Of a stretch of 64,000 nt of DNA, positions 33,625-43,478 are shown piece by piece. The position numbers were made by a program, and so were the translations under genes. Numbering within the stretch: the stretch's first letter is position 1; each line of letters opens with the position of its first letter. Below the pieces are notes generated by a model. That model was given only the letters and a program-made list of their open reading frames with translations, was not told the DNA's origin and searched no databases. The DNA is from an uncultured Verrucomicrobiae bacterium (GTDB lineage: Bacteria > Verrucomicrobiota > Verrucomicrobiia > Chthoniobacterales > Chthoniobacteraceae), in NCBI GenBank assembly GCA_963769025.1, contig CAVYKI010000010.1, positions 128,001 through 192,000 on the forward strand, given 5' to 3'.

Positions 33625-35571
33625 ATGAAACTGCGTAACACCATCCTCCTGCTCATCCTCGGCATCGGGCTCTTCGCCTACATCCGGTTTGTGGACAGCA
33701 AGAAACTCTCGACGGACGAACTCCTCGCTCAAAAGGGCAAAGTCGTGGACGTGGACCGCAGCGGCACCGACTCCGTGACGATCCGCAACAGCGAAGGCTC
33801 GCTTCAGCTCAAGAAGGACGCCGAGGGAAACTGGCTGCTCGAAGCACCGGTGAAGGATCGCGTGGATTCGCTCGCGATTTCGACGCTGTTCACCTCGCTC
33901 GAAAGCCTGCGCATGGAGCCAATCCCTGCCGGCAAGAACGGCGGGCTCGCCGAATATGGCCTGACGAAAGGTGACGTGAGCATCAAGGTGAACGGGAAGA
34001 GTTCGTTCGAGCTGCTCATCGGGAAGGAGACCGCCGTGGAGGGCAAGGTGTACATGCGCATCGAGGGCAAGGACACGGCCTACGTCGCCTCGAAAGACCT
34101 CCGCGATCAGGCCACGAAGGGTGTAAAGGACTGGCGCGATCGCAAGCTCAGCGACCTCACGGCGACGCAGGTGAACAAGGTGATCATCAAGACCCCGAAG
34201 GGCGAAGTGGAGGCCGTGAAGATGTCAAATCACTGGTCGCTGACACGCCCGTTCAAGGGACGCGCGGACGACCAGAAGCTGATCGATCTGATCTCCAATG
34301 CGACCACGCCCCGCATCGAGGACTTCATCGCCGACACCAAGGATCTGGGCACCTTTGGTCTGAACACGCCGCGCGCAACCGTCACCTTCCACGCCGACGG
34401 CGTAAAGGATCCCGTCGTGCTCGAAATCGGCAACGCGAAGAAGCCCGACGAAAAGAAGGACGAGAAAGCGCCGCAGCCCGAAAAGCCGGCGGCACCGACA
34501 CACGTTTATGTGAAGCTCTCGAATCGCGAGGGCGTCTTCACCGTGCCCGTGGCCATCGAATCGCTGCTGAACACGCAGCCGAATGATCTCCGCGACCAAA
34601 ACCTCATGCGCGTGCAGAGCGACATGGTGGATCGCATCACCCTCGAAGCGCCGGGCGGGCAAAAGGTCGTGCTCGGCCGCAACGGTGAGGAATGGGTGCG
34701 CAAAGTGGACAAGCAACCCGACACGCCGGTGAACGGCGGTGCCGCGAACAAGCTGCTCTCCGACCTTACGACGATGAAAGTCGCGCGCTTCGTCGCGGAC
34801 GTGGCCGGCGATTTGAAACAATACGGACTCGATGCCCCGGTGGGGACAATTACGCTGAGCAGTTACTCGACCGAGGGCACACCTGAGACGAAACCCGGTG
34901 AACAGCCGCTCGCGAAACTTTTCCTCGGGAAGTTCGAGGGCGATGCGGGCTACGCGAAGCTCGACGACGAACCCTTCATCGTCGCGGTCCCCGCTTCGAT
35001 CCGCGACGGGATCTGGACCGATCCGCTGCAATGGCAGGAACTGAAAATTCAGGAAGTGAGGAGCGAGGATGTCGCGGGCTTTGAGGTGACGCGCGCCGGG
35101 CAGCCGACGCTCGGCTTTGCGCGAGACAAGGACAAGAAGTGGAAGCTCGCGAAGGGCGACGGCGTGGTCAGCCAGGGTGCCGCCGAATCGCTGGTGAACA
35201 CGCTCGCGAACCTGCGCGCCGTCCGCTGGGCCGGTGCGACGGCCCCCGCCGCACAGGGCCTCGACAAGCCGAATGTGGTCATCCATTTCACGCTCGCGGA
35301 CAAGAAGACCGGCAAGCTGACCATCGGCAGCAACACGCCCGAGGAAATGTGGAATGCGACGCTGGACGGAAAGACCGGCACGTTCCTGCTGAGCAAGCCG
35401 GACTTCGATGCGTTGAACGCCTCGCTCATCGAAACGCCCAAGCCCGCCGCTGCCGAGGGAACGCCGAGCACGCCGCCGGTTGCCTTGCCGCCGCCGCTCA
35501 CCCCTGCTCCCCCGATCGGGGCGGAGCCTCCTGCGCCGAAGCCGGCTCCCGCTCCGGAACCGAAGCCGTAG
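33625..35571 (+). CDS. DUF4340 domain protein (three repeats)
   Basis: N-terminal anchor; repeated W.L..P / YGL..P / WRDR, LRDQ motifs; last gene of the GldAFG-like operon. Confidence 0.8.
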   Translation: MKLRNTILLLILGIGLFAYIRFVDSKKLSTDELLAQKGKVVDVDRSGTDSVTIRNSEGSLQLKKDAEGNWLLEAPVKDRVDSLAISTLFTSLESLRMEPIPAGKNGGLAEYGLTKGDVSIKVNGKSSFELLIGKETAVEGKVYMRIEGKDTAYVASKDLRDQATKGVKDWRDRKLSDLTATQVNKVIIKTPKGEVEAVKMSNHWSLTRPFKGRADDQKLIDLISNATTPRIEDFIADTKDLGTFGLNTPRATVTFHADGVKDPVVLEIGNAKKPDEKKDEKAPQPEKPAAPTHVYVKLSNREGVFTVPVAIESLLNTQPNDLRDQNLMRVQSDMVDRITLEAPGGQKVVLGRNGEEWVRKVDKQPDTPVNGGAANKLLSDLTTMKVARFVADVAGDLKQYGLDAPVGTITLSSYSTEGTPETKPGEQPLAKLFLGKFEGDAGYAKLDDEPFIVAVPASIRDGIWTDPLQWQELKIQEVRSEDVAGFEVTRAGQPTLGFARDKDKKWKLAKGDGVVSQGAAESLVNTLANLRAVRWAGATAPAAQGLDKPNVVIHFTLADKKTGKLTIGSNTPEEMWNATLDGKTGTFLLSKPDFDALNASLIETPKPAAAEGTPSTPPVALPPPLTPAPPIGAEPPAPKPAPAPEPKP

Positions 35572-35577
35572 CGCTTC

Positions 35578-36304
35578 TCAGCGGCGGCGGGCGGTGTAAA
35601 GCGAGACCACGCCTCCCGTCAGGGGCTCGCATTTCGCTTCTGAAAAACCCGCGGCCTCGACCATCGCGTTCATCGCGTTGCCGGTTGGAAATTCCTCGAT
35701 CGACGCGCCGAGATATTCGTACGCGCCGCGCTCCCCGGTGAGCAGCCGGGCCAGACCCGGCAGCACGCGATGCAGATAAAAGCGGTAGAACACGCTCATT
35801 GGCGGCCGGGGCATGGAAAAATCCAGCACGAGCAAATGGCCGCTCCGGTCGCAGGACTCTCGCGATTTCCGCGAGGCCGCGCTGCCACGACTCCATGTTG
35901 CGGAGCCCGAAGGCGATGGTGACGACGTCGAACGCCGCGTCCGGAAGCGGGAGCTGCATTCCGTCCGCCTGAATCAAATTCGCAACGCCCTTGCCGCGGG
36001 CCGCGCGCAGCATCGGCAGGCAGAAATCCGCACCGATCACAGAAGCCTCCGGGCACGCCTTTTCGAGCGCGAGCGCGAGATCGCCGGAACCCGTGGCCAG
36101 GTCGAGCACATCGACCGGCTTCCACGAGCGGACGATCGCCGCGGCCCGGCGACGCCACCAGAAGTCGAGCCCGCAGCTGAGAAGGTGGTTGGCCAGATCG
36201 TAGCGACGCGCGATGGCGCCAAAAAGGCGCCGGACCGCCGCGCCTTTTCCCTCTGCGGGACCGGGGCTGGGTGTGGGTGCCAAAACTCTCATGGAAGACG
36301 GCAT
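35578..36304 (-). CDS. ubiE: UbiE/MenG quinone C-methyltransferase; frameshift near 35845
   Basis: VRRLFGAIARRYDLANHLLS.G.D..WRR; VLDLATGSGDLA; IAFGLRN; AYEYLGASIEEFP. Confidence 0.85.
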
Positions 36305-36361
36305 ATCAAGTGCTTCCCTTGACCGTGTCCACTGCACACTTGGGTGGCGCCATCACAGCCC

Positions 36362-37951
36362 ATGTCCCGCATCACTCTTCCGCCTGCCAAGATTCTCGTC
36401 GTGGATGACGAGCCCTCGAACGTGCGCCTGCTGGAGCGAATGCTGGAGCTTTTCGGCGGGCTGGAATGGCGCTGCACGACGGATCCGCGCGAGGCGATTC
36501 CGATCTTCGCGGAATTTCAGCCGGATCTGGTGCTCACCGACTTGCACATGCCGCATCTGGACGGCTACCAGGTCATGGAGCAGCTCAAGCAAATCATCCC
36601 GGAGGATGTCTTTCTGCCCATCGTGGTCCTCACCGCCGACGCCACGGCGGAGACGCGGCGCAAGGCGCTCTTCGCGGGGGCGAATGATTTCATCACCAAG
36701 CCGCTCGACACCACCGAGGTGCAGTTGCGCCTGCGGAACCTGCTCGAAAACCGGTTCCTGAACCAGAAGTTGGAAGATCAGGTGCGGCAACGAACGATCG
36801 AGCTGGAAAACGCGATGGAGCAGATCCGCAACGCGCAGGAGCAGGTCGTGAAGCAGGAACGTCTGCGCGCCTTGGGCATGATGGCGGGCGGCATTGCGCA
36901 CGATTTCAACAACGCGCTCACGATGGTGCTCGGCTACGGCGAACTGATGCTGCCGTGGTTCAAGAAAACTGCGCCCGATGCGAAGGAACACGCCTACATC
37001 AAGCACATCATCGCCGCCGCGCAGGACGCGACTCACGTGGTGAGCCGGCTCCGCGATTTCTACCGCCCGGCGGAGACGGACGAACTCCGCGCGCCCCTCG
37101 AAGTGAACGCGCTCTGCGAGCAGGCCGTCGCTTTTACGACCCCGAAATGGAAGGCCAAGGCACGCGCCAACGGCGCCACCATCGAGGTGCGGACGGAACT
37201 TTCGGAAGTCCCGCAAGTCCTCGCCAGCGCGCCAGAGCTCCGCGAGTCGCTCACGAATCTCATCTTCAACGCGGTGGACGCGATGCCCGCAGGAGGCACC
37301 ATCACGGTGGCCACACACGCCGACGGGCCGAATGTGCGCATCGACGTCACCGATACGGGCACCGGCATGACCGAGGAGGAAAAGGCGCGTTGTCTGGAGC
37401 CGTTCTTCACCACCAAGGGCGAACGCGGCACCGGCCTCGGGCTCGCCGTGGTGTACGGCATCATCCAGCGCCATGGCGGCACGATCGAAATCGCCAGCGA
37501 AAAGGGCAAGGGCACCACGTTCTCGCTCGTGCTTCCGGCGACGGACCAAAAGGCGGTGGCTTCCGACAAGAGCGCTCAGGCGGCGGTGAATCGCACGCTG
37601 AACATCCTCGTCGTGGACGATCAGGAAATCATCTGCGAACTCATCGCCGAGCACCTCAGCGCGGATGGACATCAACCGGTGACGATGTCGGACTCCACCG
37701 AGGCCTTCGCGCGCTTCGAGGCGGGTTCCTTCGACCTCATCATCACCGACCAATCCATGCCGGGACTCTCTGGCGAGCAGCTCGCAAGAAAAGTGAAGGC
37801 GCACAGCCCCGGCACGCACGTCATCATGCTGACCGGTTTTGGTGATGACCTGCTGACCGACGGCAAGGCTCCCGAGGGCATCGACCGCATCCTCTCAAAG
37901 CCCGTCTCCTCGGACGAACTGCGGCGGGCAATTTTCGAGGCGACCAGCTAG
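36362..37951 (+). CDS. Cytoplasmic hybrid histidine kinase (REC-HisKA-HATPase-REC)
   Basis: ILVVDD..., GIAHDFNNAL, NLIFNAVDAM, PFFTTKG.GTGLGL, second ILVVDD. Confidence 0.92.
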   Translation: MSRITLPPAKILVVDDEPSNVRLLERMLELFGGLEWRCTTDPREAIPIFAEFQPDLVLTDLHMPHLDGYQVMEQLKQIIPEDVFLPIVVLTADATAETRRKALFAGANDFITKPLDTTEVQLRLRNLLENRFLNQKLEDQVRQRTIELENAMEQIRNAQEQVVKQERLRALGMMAGGIAHDFNNALTMVLGYGELMLPWFKKTAPDAKEHAYIKHIIAAAQDATHVVSRLRDFYRPAETDELRAPLEVNALCEQAVAFTTPKWKAKARANGATIEVRTELSEVPQVLASAPELRESLTNLIFNAVDAMPAGGTITVATHADGPNVRIDVTDTGTGMTEEEKARCLEPFFTTKGERGTGLGLAVVYGIIQRHGGTIEIASEKGKGTTFSLVLPATDQKAVASDKSAQAAVNRTLNILVVDDQEIICELIAEHLSADGHQPVTMSDSTEAFARFEAGSFDLIITDQSMPGLSGEQLARKVKAHSPGTHVIMLTGFGDDLLTDGKAPEGIDRILSKPVSSDELRRAIFEATS

Positions 37952-38045
37952 CTCCAGCCGGCACCTGGCGCGTGAGTCGTTCCGTGATGCCGCAGCGCTG
38001 CGCTTGCCCTTGAAAAAGGGCACACCACTTCTGCCTTTGCAAAAG

Positions 38046-38130
38046 TGGTACTCACGAGAGGACTCGAACCTCCACGGGTTGCCCCATACGGTCCTGAGCC
38101 GTACGCGTCTGCCAATTCCGCCACGTGAGC
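38046..38130 (-). tRNA. tRNA-Leu(CAG)
   Basis: GCTCACG/CGTGAGT acceptor stem, D-arm GGCGGAATTGGCAGACGC, anticodon loop CTCAGGA, long variable arm, GTTCGAGTC, encoded CCA. Confidence 0.96.
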
Positions 38131-38207
38131 ATTTTCGGGGGGCGGGATAGTTGTTTCACCCGCCTCACTTTGCAAGTGCGACTTTTGAAAAAAGCCGCTT
38201 CCTGCGT

Positions 38208-39302
38208 TTAGGAAATCCGCATCGGCATCAGCACGTAGAGGAACGGCGTGCCGATCTTGATCACTCCGGGGCTCATCTCATCGCTGACTTCGAGGTGAAT
38301 TTCATCCTCCGTCAGGGCGCGGAGCGGGTCCTGGAGGAAGCCGGGGTTGAACGCTACCGAGAAGTCCTTGCCCTTGAAGCTGATCGCCAGCGACTCGTGC
38401 GACTCGCCGATGTCAGGCGTGTTCGCGGTGATCTCGAGATTGTTCTTCGTGAACACCAGCTTCACCGAATTCGACTTTTCACTGGAGAGCAGTGAGACGC
38501 GGCGCACGGCGTTGAGCAGGAGTTCGCGCTCGATGGTGATGCGCTCGCGCGACTCGGCGGGGATGACCTGCCGGTAGTTCGGGTAGTTGCCCTCGATGAG
38601 CTTGGAGACGAGCAGCTTGCCGCCCGCCTCGAACGACACGTGATTGTCGCCGACCGCGAGTTTCACATCGCCCTCTTCGCCGAGCAGTCGCTGAAGTTCG
38701 GTGATGCATTTCGATGGAATGACGACATCCACTTCGTTGCTCCTCGGAAATTCCGCCTCGAGATCCACGAGCGCGAGCCGCCGTCCGTCCGTCGCGACGA
38801 GCGTCAGCTTGTTCTCCTTGAAAGAAAACAGGATGCCGTTGAGCACGTAGCGCGTCTCGTCGGTCGAAATGCCGTAGCTCGTCTTGCGGAGCGCGTCCTT
38901 GAGGACTTTTTGCTGCAACGTGAATGCCTTTGCCTTCTCAAGCTTCGGCAGCGCGGGAAATTCATCCTCCGGCAGGCAGAGCATCTTGAAAAAGCTCGGG
39001 CCGCAGCGGATCGATGCGGCATTCTTTCCGTCCACTTCCACGCTCACCTCGGAGGAAGGCAGTTCCTTCACGATTCCCGCGAGCCGGCGCGCCGGGATCG
39101 TCGTGCCGCCGGGTTTTTCGATCTTCGCCTCGACCGAGCAGCTCATGCCGACATCGAGGTCGTTCGTGGTAAAGTGAAGCGCGCCGTTCTCGGCACGGAT
39201 CAGCACGTTGGAGAGGATGGGGAGCGTGGTGCGGGTGCTCACGACGTTCTGCACAGTCTGCAGACCCTCGAGCAACTTGTCTTTGGCGACGCTAAATTTC
39301 AT
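38208..39302 (-). CDS. dnaN: DNA polymerase III beta sliding clamp
   Basis: TLPILSNVL, DETRYVLNG, VATDGRRLA, SKLIEGNYPNY, VLMPMR. Confidence 0.96.
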   Translation of the reverse strand: MKFSVAKDKLLEGLQTVQNVVSTRTTLPILSNVLIRAENGALHFTTNDLDVGMSCSVEAKIEKPGGTTIPARRLAGIVKELPSSEVSVEVDGKNAASIRCGPSFFKMLCLPEDEFPALPKLEKAKAFTLQQKVLKDALRKTSYGISTDETRYVLNGILFSFKENKLTLVATDGRRLALVDLEAEFPRSNEVDVVIPSKCITELQRLLGEEGDVKLAVGDNHVSFEAGGKLLVSKLIEGNYPNYRQVIPAESRERITIERELLLNAVRRVSLLSSEKSNSVKLVFTKNNLEITANTPDIGESHESLAISFKGKDFSVAFNPGFLQDPLRALTEDEIHLEVSDEMSPGVIKIGTPFLYVLMPMRIS

Positions 39303-39425
39303 GGAGTGGGGTAATTGGAGCGCGCGGGTTTTGACGGAACATCTTGTGGGAGGCAAACCTTTTTGACCCCACCGATTGATGTTTGCGCCATAACGCCCCG
39401 ACCGCCGGCCCGGCTGAAGCCGCGG

Positions 39426-40937
39426 TCAGTCCACTTTCACGCCGTGAACGCGCAGCGTCGTTCCCGTCTGGAGCCGGTATTGCGCGACGGCCTTGTTGTA
39501 ATCGGCAATCGCGCGCAGCTCCGCCGTCTCGGCATCGGCCAGCAGCTTCTGGAGCTGGAGCACCTCGAACGTCGTTCCGGTCCCCGCGATCAACCGTGAC
39601 TCACCGGCCGCGAGGCTCTCCCTTGCCAACCGGCGCGCCTCGCGGTTCGCCACCGTGAGTTGCTGCGTGGTGACCACCGCTCCCGCGGCGTTGTCCACAA
39701 GGACGATGATTTGCTGCTCGAGTTGCTGCAGCCTCACGAGCGCCTGCGCCGCGGAAAGTTTCGCCGCGTTGTAATTTCCCCGGCTTTCGCGATTGCCGAT
39801 CGGGATGCTGAACTTCGCCCCCACGCTCCATGCACTCTGGTCGCGGGCGAGTATCCGCTGCGCGCTGGTCCCGAAGTCGTCGTCCATCCCGAGCATGCTC
39901 AGGCTCGCGGTCAGATCCAGCCGCGGCAGCTCCGCATTTTTCGTGAAGGCGACGTTGATGTGCTTGTTCTCGATATCGAGCTTTGCCTGCCGGTAGTCCG
40001 GCCGCAATTCGAGCGCGGCGACGATTCCCGCCACGACATTCGGATCAAGGTTCGCCGATGGCGGTGCCGCGATATTCACCCTCGTGCGGATCAGCAGCAT
40101 CATGTCCGCCGTGATGAGCTGCTTCAGGAAGTTTTCCTGATCCTTCACCGCGCGCGACGCGGTGATTAACGCCGCCTCGCGCGAGGCGACCTCGGCCTGC
40201 GCGGTCGTGACATCGAGCGGCGTCTTCACGCCGATTTCCACGCGCTTGATGTTGTCGCGCAGGAGCTGCCGGGCGAGTTCGCGCGAGCGCCGGGCCACCT
40301 CGAGATTCTCGTGGGCAAACTGCAGCTCATTGTAAACGTTGATGACTTGGGTGATCACGTTCATCACCTGATTCCGGACGCCCCACTCGGAGATCGTGAC
40401 GTTGTTCCTGGCAACGCGGACATCCGCCAGGTTCGCATCCGTCCCAGCACCGCGCAGCAAAGGCTGCCTCAGGCTGAAGGTCGCATCGCTCGACCAGTCA
40501 TTCGCGAAGCGGTTCGAAGTGCCGCCCTGTGCCGTGGAATTCAGGGACACATCGTAGCCGAGCCCCCACACCGTCACGCCGCTCACACCGGTGCTCCACG
40601 TGTCCGTTTGCGTGATCGAGTGGACGGAAAAATGTCCACCCCCGTTGTCGGCGTTCCTCCTGAAGGAGTCCGCCACCACATCCTCGCCCGTCGAATACGA
40701 CAGGCTGAATGCCGGATCGAATTTCCCCTCCGACGCAACCACGCGTTCACGCGAGACCTTCGGATCGAACTTCTGCGCAATGATCGAAAAATTCTTCTGC
40801 AACGCCATGCGGATCGCCTTGCCCATCGTCAGTTCGAGGAGCTGCCCCTTGCCGTGATTCTCGTCGGCGCGCACGGACACGCCGGCGGCGAGGAGAAGGA
40901 TCACCGCTTTTTTCAAAAAGGAAGAATGCACTCGCAT
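39426..40937 (-). CDS. TolC-family outer membrane efflux protein
   Basis: AIRMALQKN, QPLLRGAG, RPDYRQAK, LPRLDL, GTGTTFEVLQLQ; start codon uncertain. Confidence 0.85.
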   Translation of the reverse strand: MRVHSSFLKKAVILLLAAGVSVRADENHGKGQLLELTMGKAIRMALQKNFSIIAQKFDPKVSRERVVASEGKFDPAFSLSYSTGEDVVADSFRRNADNGGGHFSVHSITQTDTWSTGVSGVTVWGLGYDVSLNSTAQGGTSNRFANDWSSDATFSLRQPLLRGAGTDANLADVRVARNNVTISEWGVRNQVMNVITQVINVYNELQFAHENLEVARRSRELARQLLRDNIKRVEIGVKTPLDVTTAQAEVASREAALITASRAVKDQENFLKQLITADMMLLIRTRVNIAAPPSANLDPNVVAGIVAALELRPDYRQAKLDIENKHINVAFTKNAELPRLDLTASLSMLGMDDDFGTSAQRILARDQSAWSVGAKFSIPIGNRESRGNYNAAKLSAAQALVRLQQLEQQIIVLVDNAAGAVVTTQQLTVANREARRLARESLAAGESRLIAGTGTTFEVLQLQKLLADAETAELRAIADYNKAVAQYRLQTGTTLRVHGVKVD

Positions 40938-41007
40938 CAGGACGCAATTCTTCGCGGGGACGTTGCAAAATCCCAAGCACGAATCCACCGGACGCCGGAC
41001 CGGACCA

Positions 41008-41949
41008 TCATTTCGCCTCGTTCCCCGCCGGTGCATCGACCGCCTTCGGCGCGGCTTTCGGCGCGGGCTTCGCCTTTGCGTCCCAGTACTTCGTGATGTC
41101 TGCCCGCTCGAATGCAACCGGCGCGCCGCCTTCGGGGACTTCGATCTTCGCGGACCAGAGGATTCCGTTCACCACGAATCGGCGCTGCGCCTCGATCTGC
41201 CAGTTCGTGTGCCAGTCCGCGCCGGTGAATGCGAAGCTGCGGCCGCCATCCTTGCGCTCGTAAGCCCATCCGATCGTCTCAGCGCGGCCCGCGTGCGATT
41301 TTGCGTCGGCACTCGTGCGCGCCTTGTCGGGCACTTCGCCAGCGATGACCGGCACCGCACCCGGCGCAAAATGCAGATTATAAAGCCAGCCGTCTCCCGG
41401 CGCGGTGAAGGGCGTCACGCCGCGCGTGATCGCGTGCTTCGGAAAGGTGTCAAAGCTCATGTCCCAATGTCCGCGGCAGCCGATGTCCTTTTTGAACACG
41501 CCACCGAGCCACGACTGGATTTCGTCCGCACGATCCTCCGGCACATCCACGGCCTGGTGCAGCATCACAAGGCCCGTCCCCTTCGCCAGGAGCGACTTCA
41601 TTTTTTCCCATCGCGAAGCATCGAGGAAAGGCAGCTTCGCACCGCCATCCGTGTACACGACGACCGCACGCGCGTTGTCGAAAATGTGCTCGTCCTTCGG
41701 CCAGCCCTCGGCGGCCATCACGGGCCACACACCCGGCGTCTGCTTCAGCGCATTCGCGAGGATCACGCACCCTGCGAAATACTCGTGCCCGCCGGGCTTG
41801 CTGCTCACGCTCCCCGCGAGCAGCACGACCTTCGCAAGCTTTGCGTCCTTCGTGTCCACCTCCAGCGGCACGCTCTTTTGCTCGTCGGTGAGTTCAGCGT
41901 GCGCGAGCGGGACGATTCCAATGAGGCAGGAGAGAAGGAGGGGTTTCAT
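41008..41949 (-). CDS. ThuA-like domain secreted protein
   Basis: Signal peptide; GGHEYFAGC, GLVMLH, HAITRGV, WAYERKDGGRSF.FTG, VNGILW. Confidence 0.8.
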   Translation of the reverse strand: MKPLLLSCLIGIVPLAHAELTDEQKSVPLEVDTKDAKLAKVVLLAGSVSSKPGGHEYFAGCVILANALKQTPGVWPVMAAEGWPKDEHIFDNARAVVVYTDGGAKLPFLDASRWEKMKSLLAKGTGLVMLHQAVDVPEDRADEIQSWLGGVFKKDIGCRGHWDMSFDTFPKHAITRGVTPFTAPGDGWLYNLHFAPGAVPVIAGEVPDKARTSADAKSHAGRAETIGWAYERKDGGRSFAFTGADWHTNWQIEAQRRFVVNGILWSAKIEVPEGGAPVAFERADITKYWDAKAKPAPKAAPKAVDAPAGNEAK

Positions 41950-41998
41950 GAATTTTGGAGGCTGGGATGGCTTGTGAGATGTCAGTTGGTTGATCAGG

Positions 41999-42017
41999 GC
42001 TCGCTCGGCGAGCGAGC
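41999..42017. repeat. Intergenic palindrome (REP-like)
   Basis: gctcgctc-ggc-gagcgagc. Confidence 0.5.
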
Positions 42018-42059
42018 GCTCCCAGGTATGCGTCCCCGCAGGGCGCGCCCATGCTATCA

Positions 42060-43469
42060 TCATGCCAGGATCTCTTTCACAACATGCCCATAGACATCCG
42101 TGAGTCGGAAATCGCGCCCGGCGTAGCGGTAGGTGAGTTTCTCGTGGTCGAGCCCGAGCGCGTGCAGGATGGTCGCGTGCAGGTCGTGCATGTGGACCTT
42201 GTCCACGACGGCGTGGTGGCCGAACTCATCGGTCTCGCCGTACGTGATGCCGCGCTTGAAGCCGCCGCCTGCGAGCCAGACGGAGAATCCCGCCGGATTG
42301 TGATCGCGACCCGTGCCGTTCTTCTCGGCATACGGCGTGCGGCCAAATTCGCCGCCCCACCACACGATCGTGTCGTCCAGCAGGCCGCGCTGCTTGAGGT
42401 CTTCGAGCAGTCCGGCGACCGGCTTGTCCACGGCCTTCGCGTGGTCGCCGTGCTTCTTCAGATTCGAGTGCTGATCCCACGCGGGGTTGTTGGAATTGTC
42501 CGCGTAATTGACCTGGATGAAGCGCACGCCCGCCTCCGACATGCGCCGCGCGAGCAGGCATTGGCGGCCGAAGTTGTCCGTTGCCGCCTCGCCGATGCCG
42601 TAAAGCGCGAGCGTCTCGGGCGATTCGCCCTTCAGATCGAGCACCTCCGGCGCCGCTCCCTGCATGCGCCACGCCAGTTCGTAGCTGTTCACCACGGCCT
42701 CGAGTTCGCTCTCGCCGGGCTTTTGGGCGAGTTGCTCGGCATTGATTTCACGCAGCAGGTCGAACTGCCGCTTCACCTCGTCCGGCGTCCGCGGCGGCTG
42801 GAGATTGCGGATGCTCGACTCCTTTGCCGGGATGCCCGCGCGCCCGATCGCCGTGCCCTGATAGACCGCGGGGAGAAATGCGTTGCCGTAATTGCGCGGC
42901 CCGCCGTTCCCGAGCGCCGGCGCGAGCGAGATGAAGCCGGGCAGGTTTTCGTTCTCGGTGCCGAGTCCGTAGTTCACCCACGAGCCCATCGACGGGCGGA
43001 TGAAATTCGTCGACCCCGTGTGCAGGAAAAGGGTTGCCGGTCCGTGGGCGATGCCCTCGGTGTGCATCGAGCGGAGCACGCAAAGATCGTCCGCGTGCTT
43101 CGCCATCTCCGGGAAAAGGTCGGAGGCCCACAGGCCGCTCTGCCCGTGCTGCCCGAAATTCCACAGCGGCTTCATCACGCGCATCTGCGGGCTCTTGCCG
43201 GTCTTCGCGAGGCTGCGCAGGTCGGCAAAGTCCATCATCTTCCCGTCGTCCTGATCGAGCCGCGGCTTGTAGTCGAACGAATCCACGTGGCTCACGCCGC
43301 CCGACATGAAGAGGAAGATGATGCGCTTCGCACGCGCAGGGAGATGCACGGGCTTTGGCGCGAGCGGATTCACCGCGGCGCGGGCCGCGAGGTCCGCGAG
43401 GGCGAGATATCCAAAGCCGCATCCGAGGGTGCGGAGGGCATTGCGGCGGGTAAAATGGAGAGGGTTCAT
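42060..43469 (-). CDS. DUF1501 family protein (Tat-like leader)
   Basis: [62 protein letters not shown]. Confidence 0.92.
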   Translation of the reverse strand: MNPLHFTRRNALRTLGCGFGYLALADLAARAAVNPLAPKPVHLPARAKRIIFLFMSGGVSHVDSFDYKPRLDQDDGKMMDFADLRSLAKTGKSPQMRVMKPLWNFGQHGQSGLWASDLFPEMAKHADDLCVLRSMHTEGIAHGPATLFLHTGSTNFIRPSMGSWVNYGLGTENENLPGFISLAPALGNGGPRNYGNAFLPAVYQGTAIGRAGIPAKESSIRNLQPPRTPDEVKRQFDLLREINAEQLAQKPGESELEAVVNSYELAWRMQGAAPEVLDLKGESPETLALYGIGEAATDNFGRQCLLARRMSEAGVRFIQVNYADNSNNPAWDQHSNLKKHGDHAKAVDKPVAGLLEDLKQRGLLDDTIVWWGGEFGRTPYAEKNGTGRDHNPAGFSVWLAGGGFKRGITYGETDEFGHHAVVDKVHMHDLHATILHALGLDHEKLTYRYAGRDFRLTDVYGHVVKEILA

Positions 43470-43478
43470 GGCGGGTAA

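Noticed and set aside
35498..36337. Programmed frameshifting or pseudogenisation in ubiE and other split genes
   Set aside because: Shifts are single-base indels, often in short homopolymers, with no consistent slippery site; assembly error is more parsimonious.
37952..38130. tRNA-Leu as an integration site for a genomic island
   Set aside because: No integrase, and no duplicated tRNA 3' end noticed in the window; flanking genes have ordinary composition.
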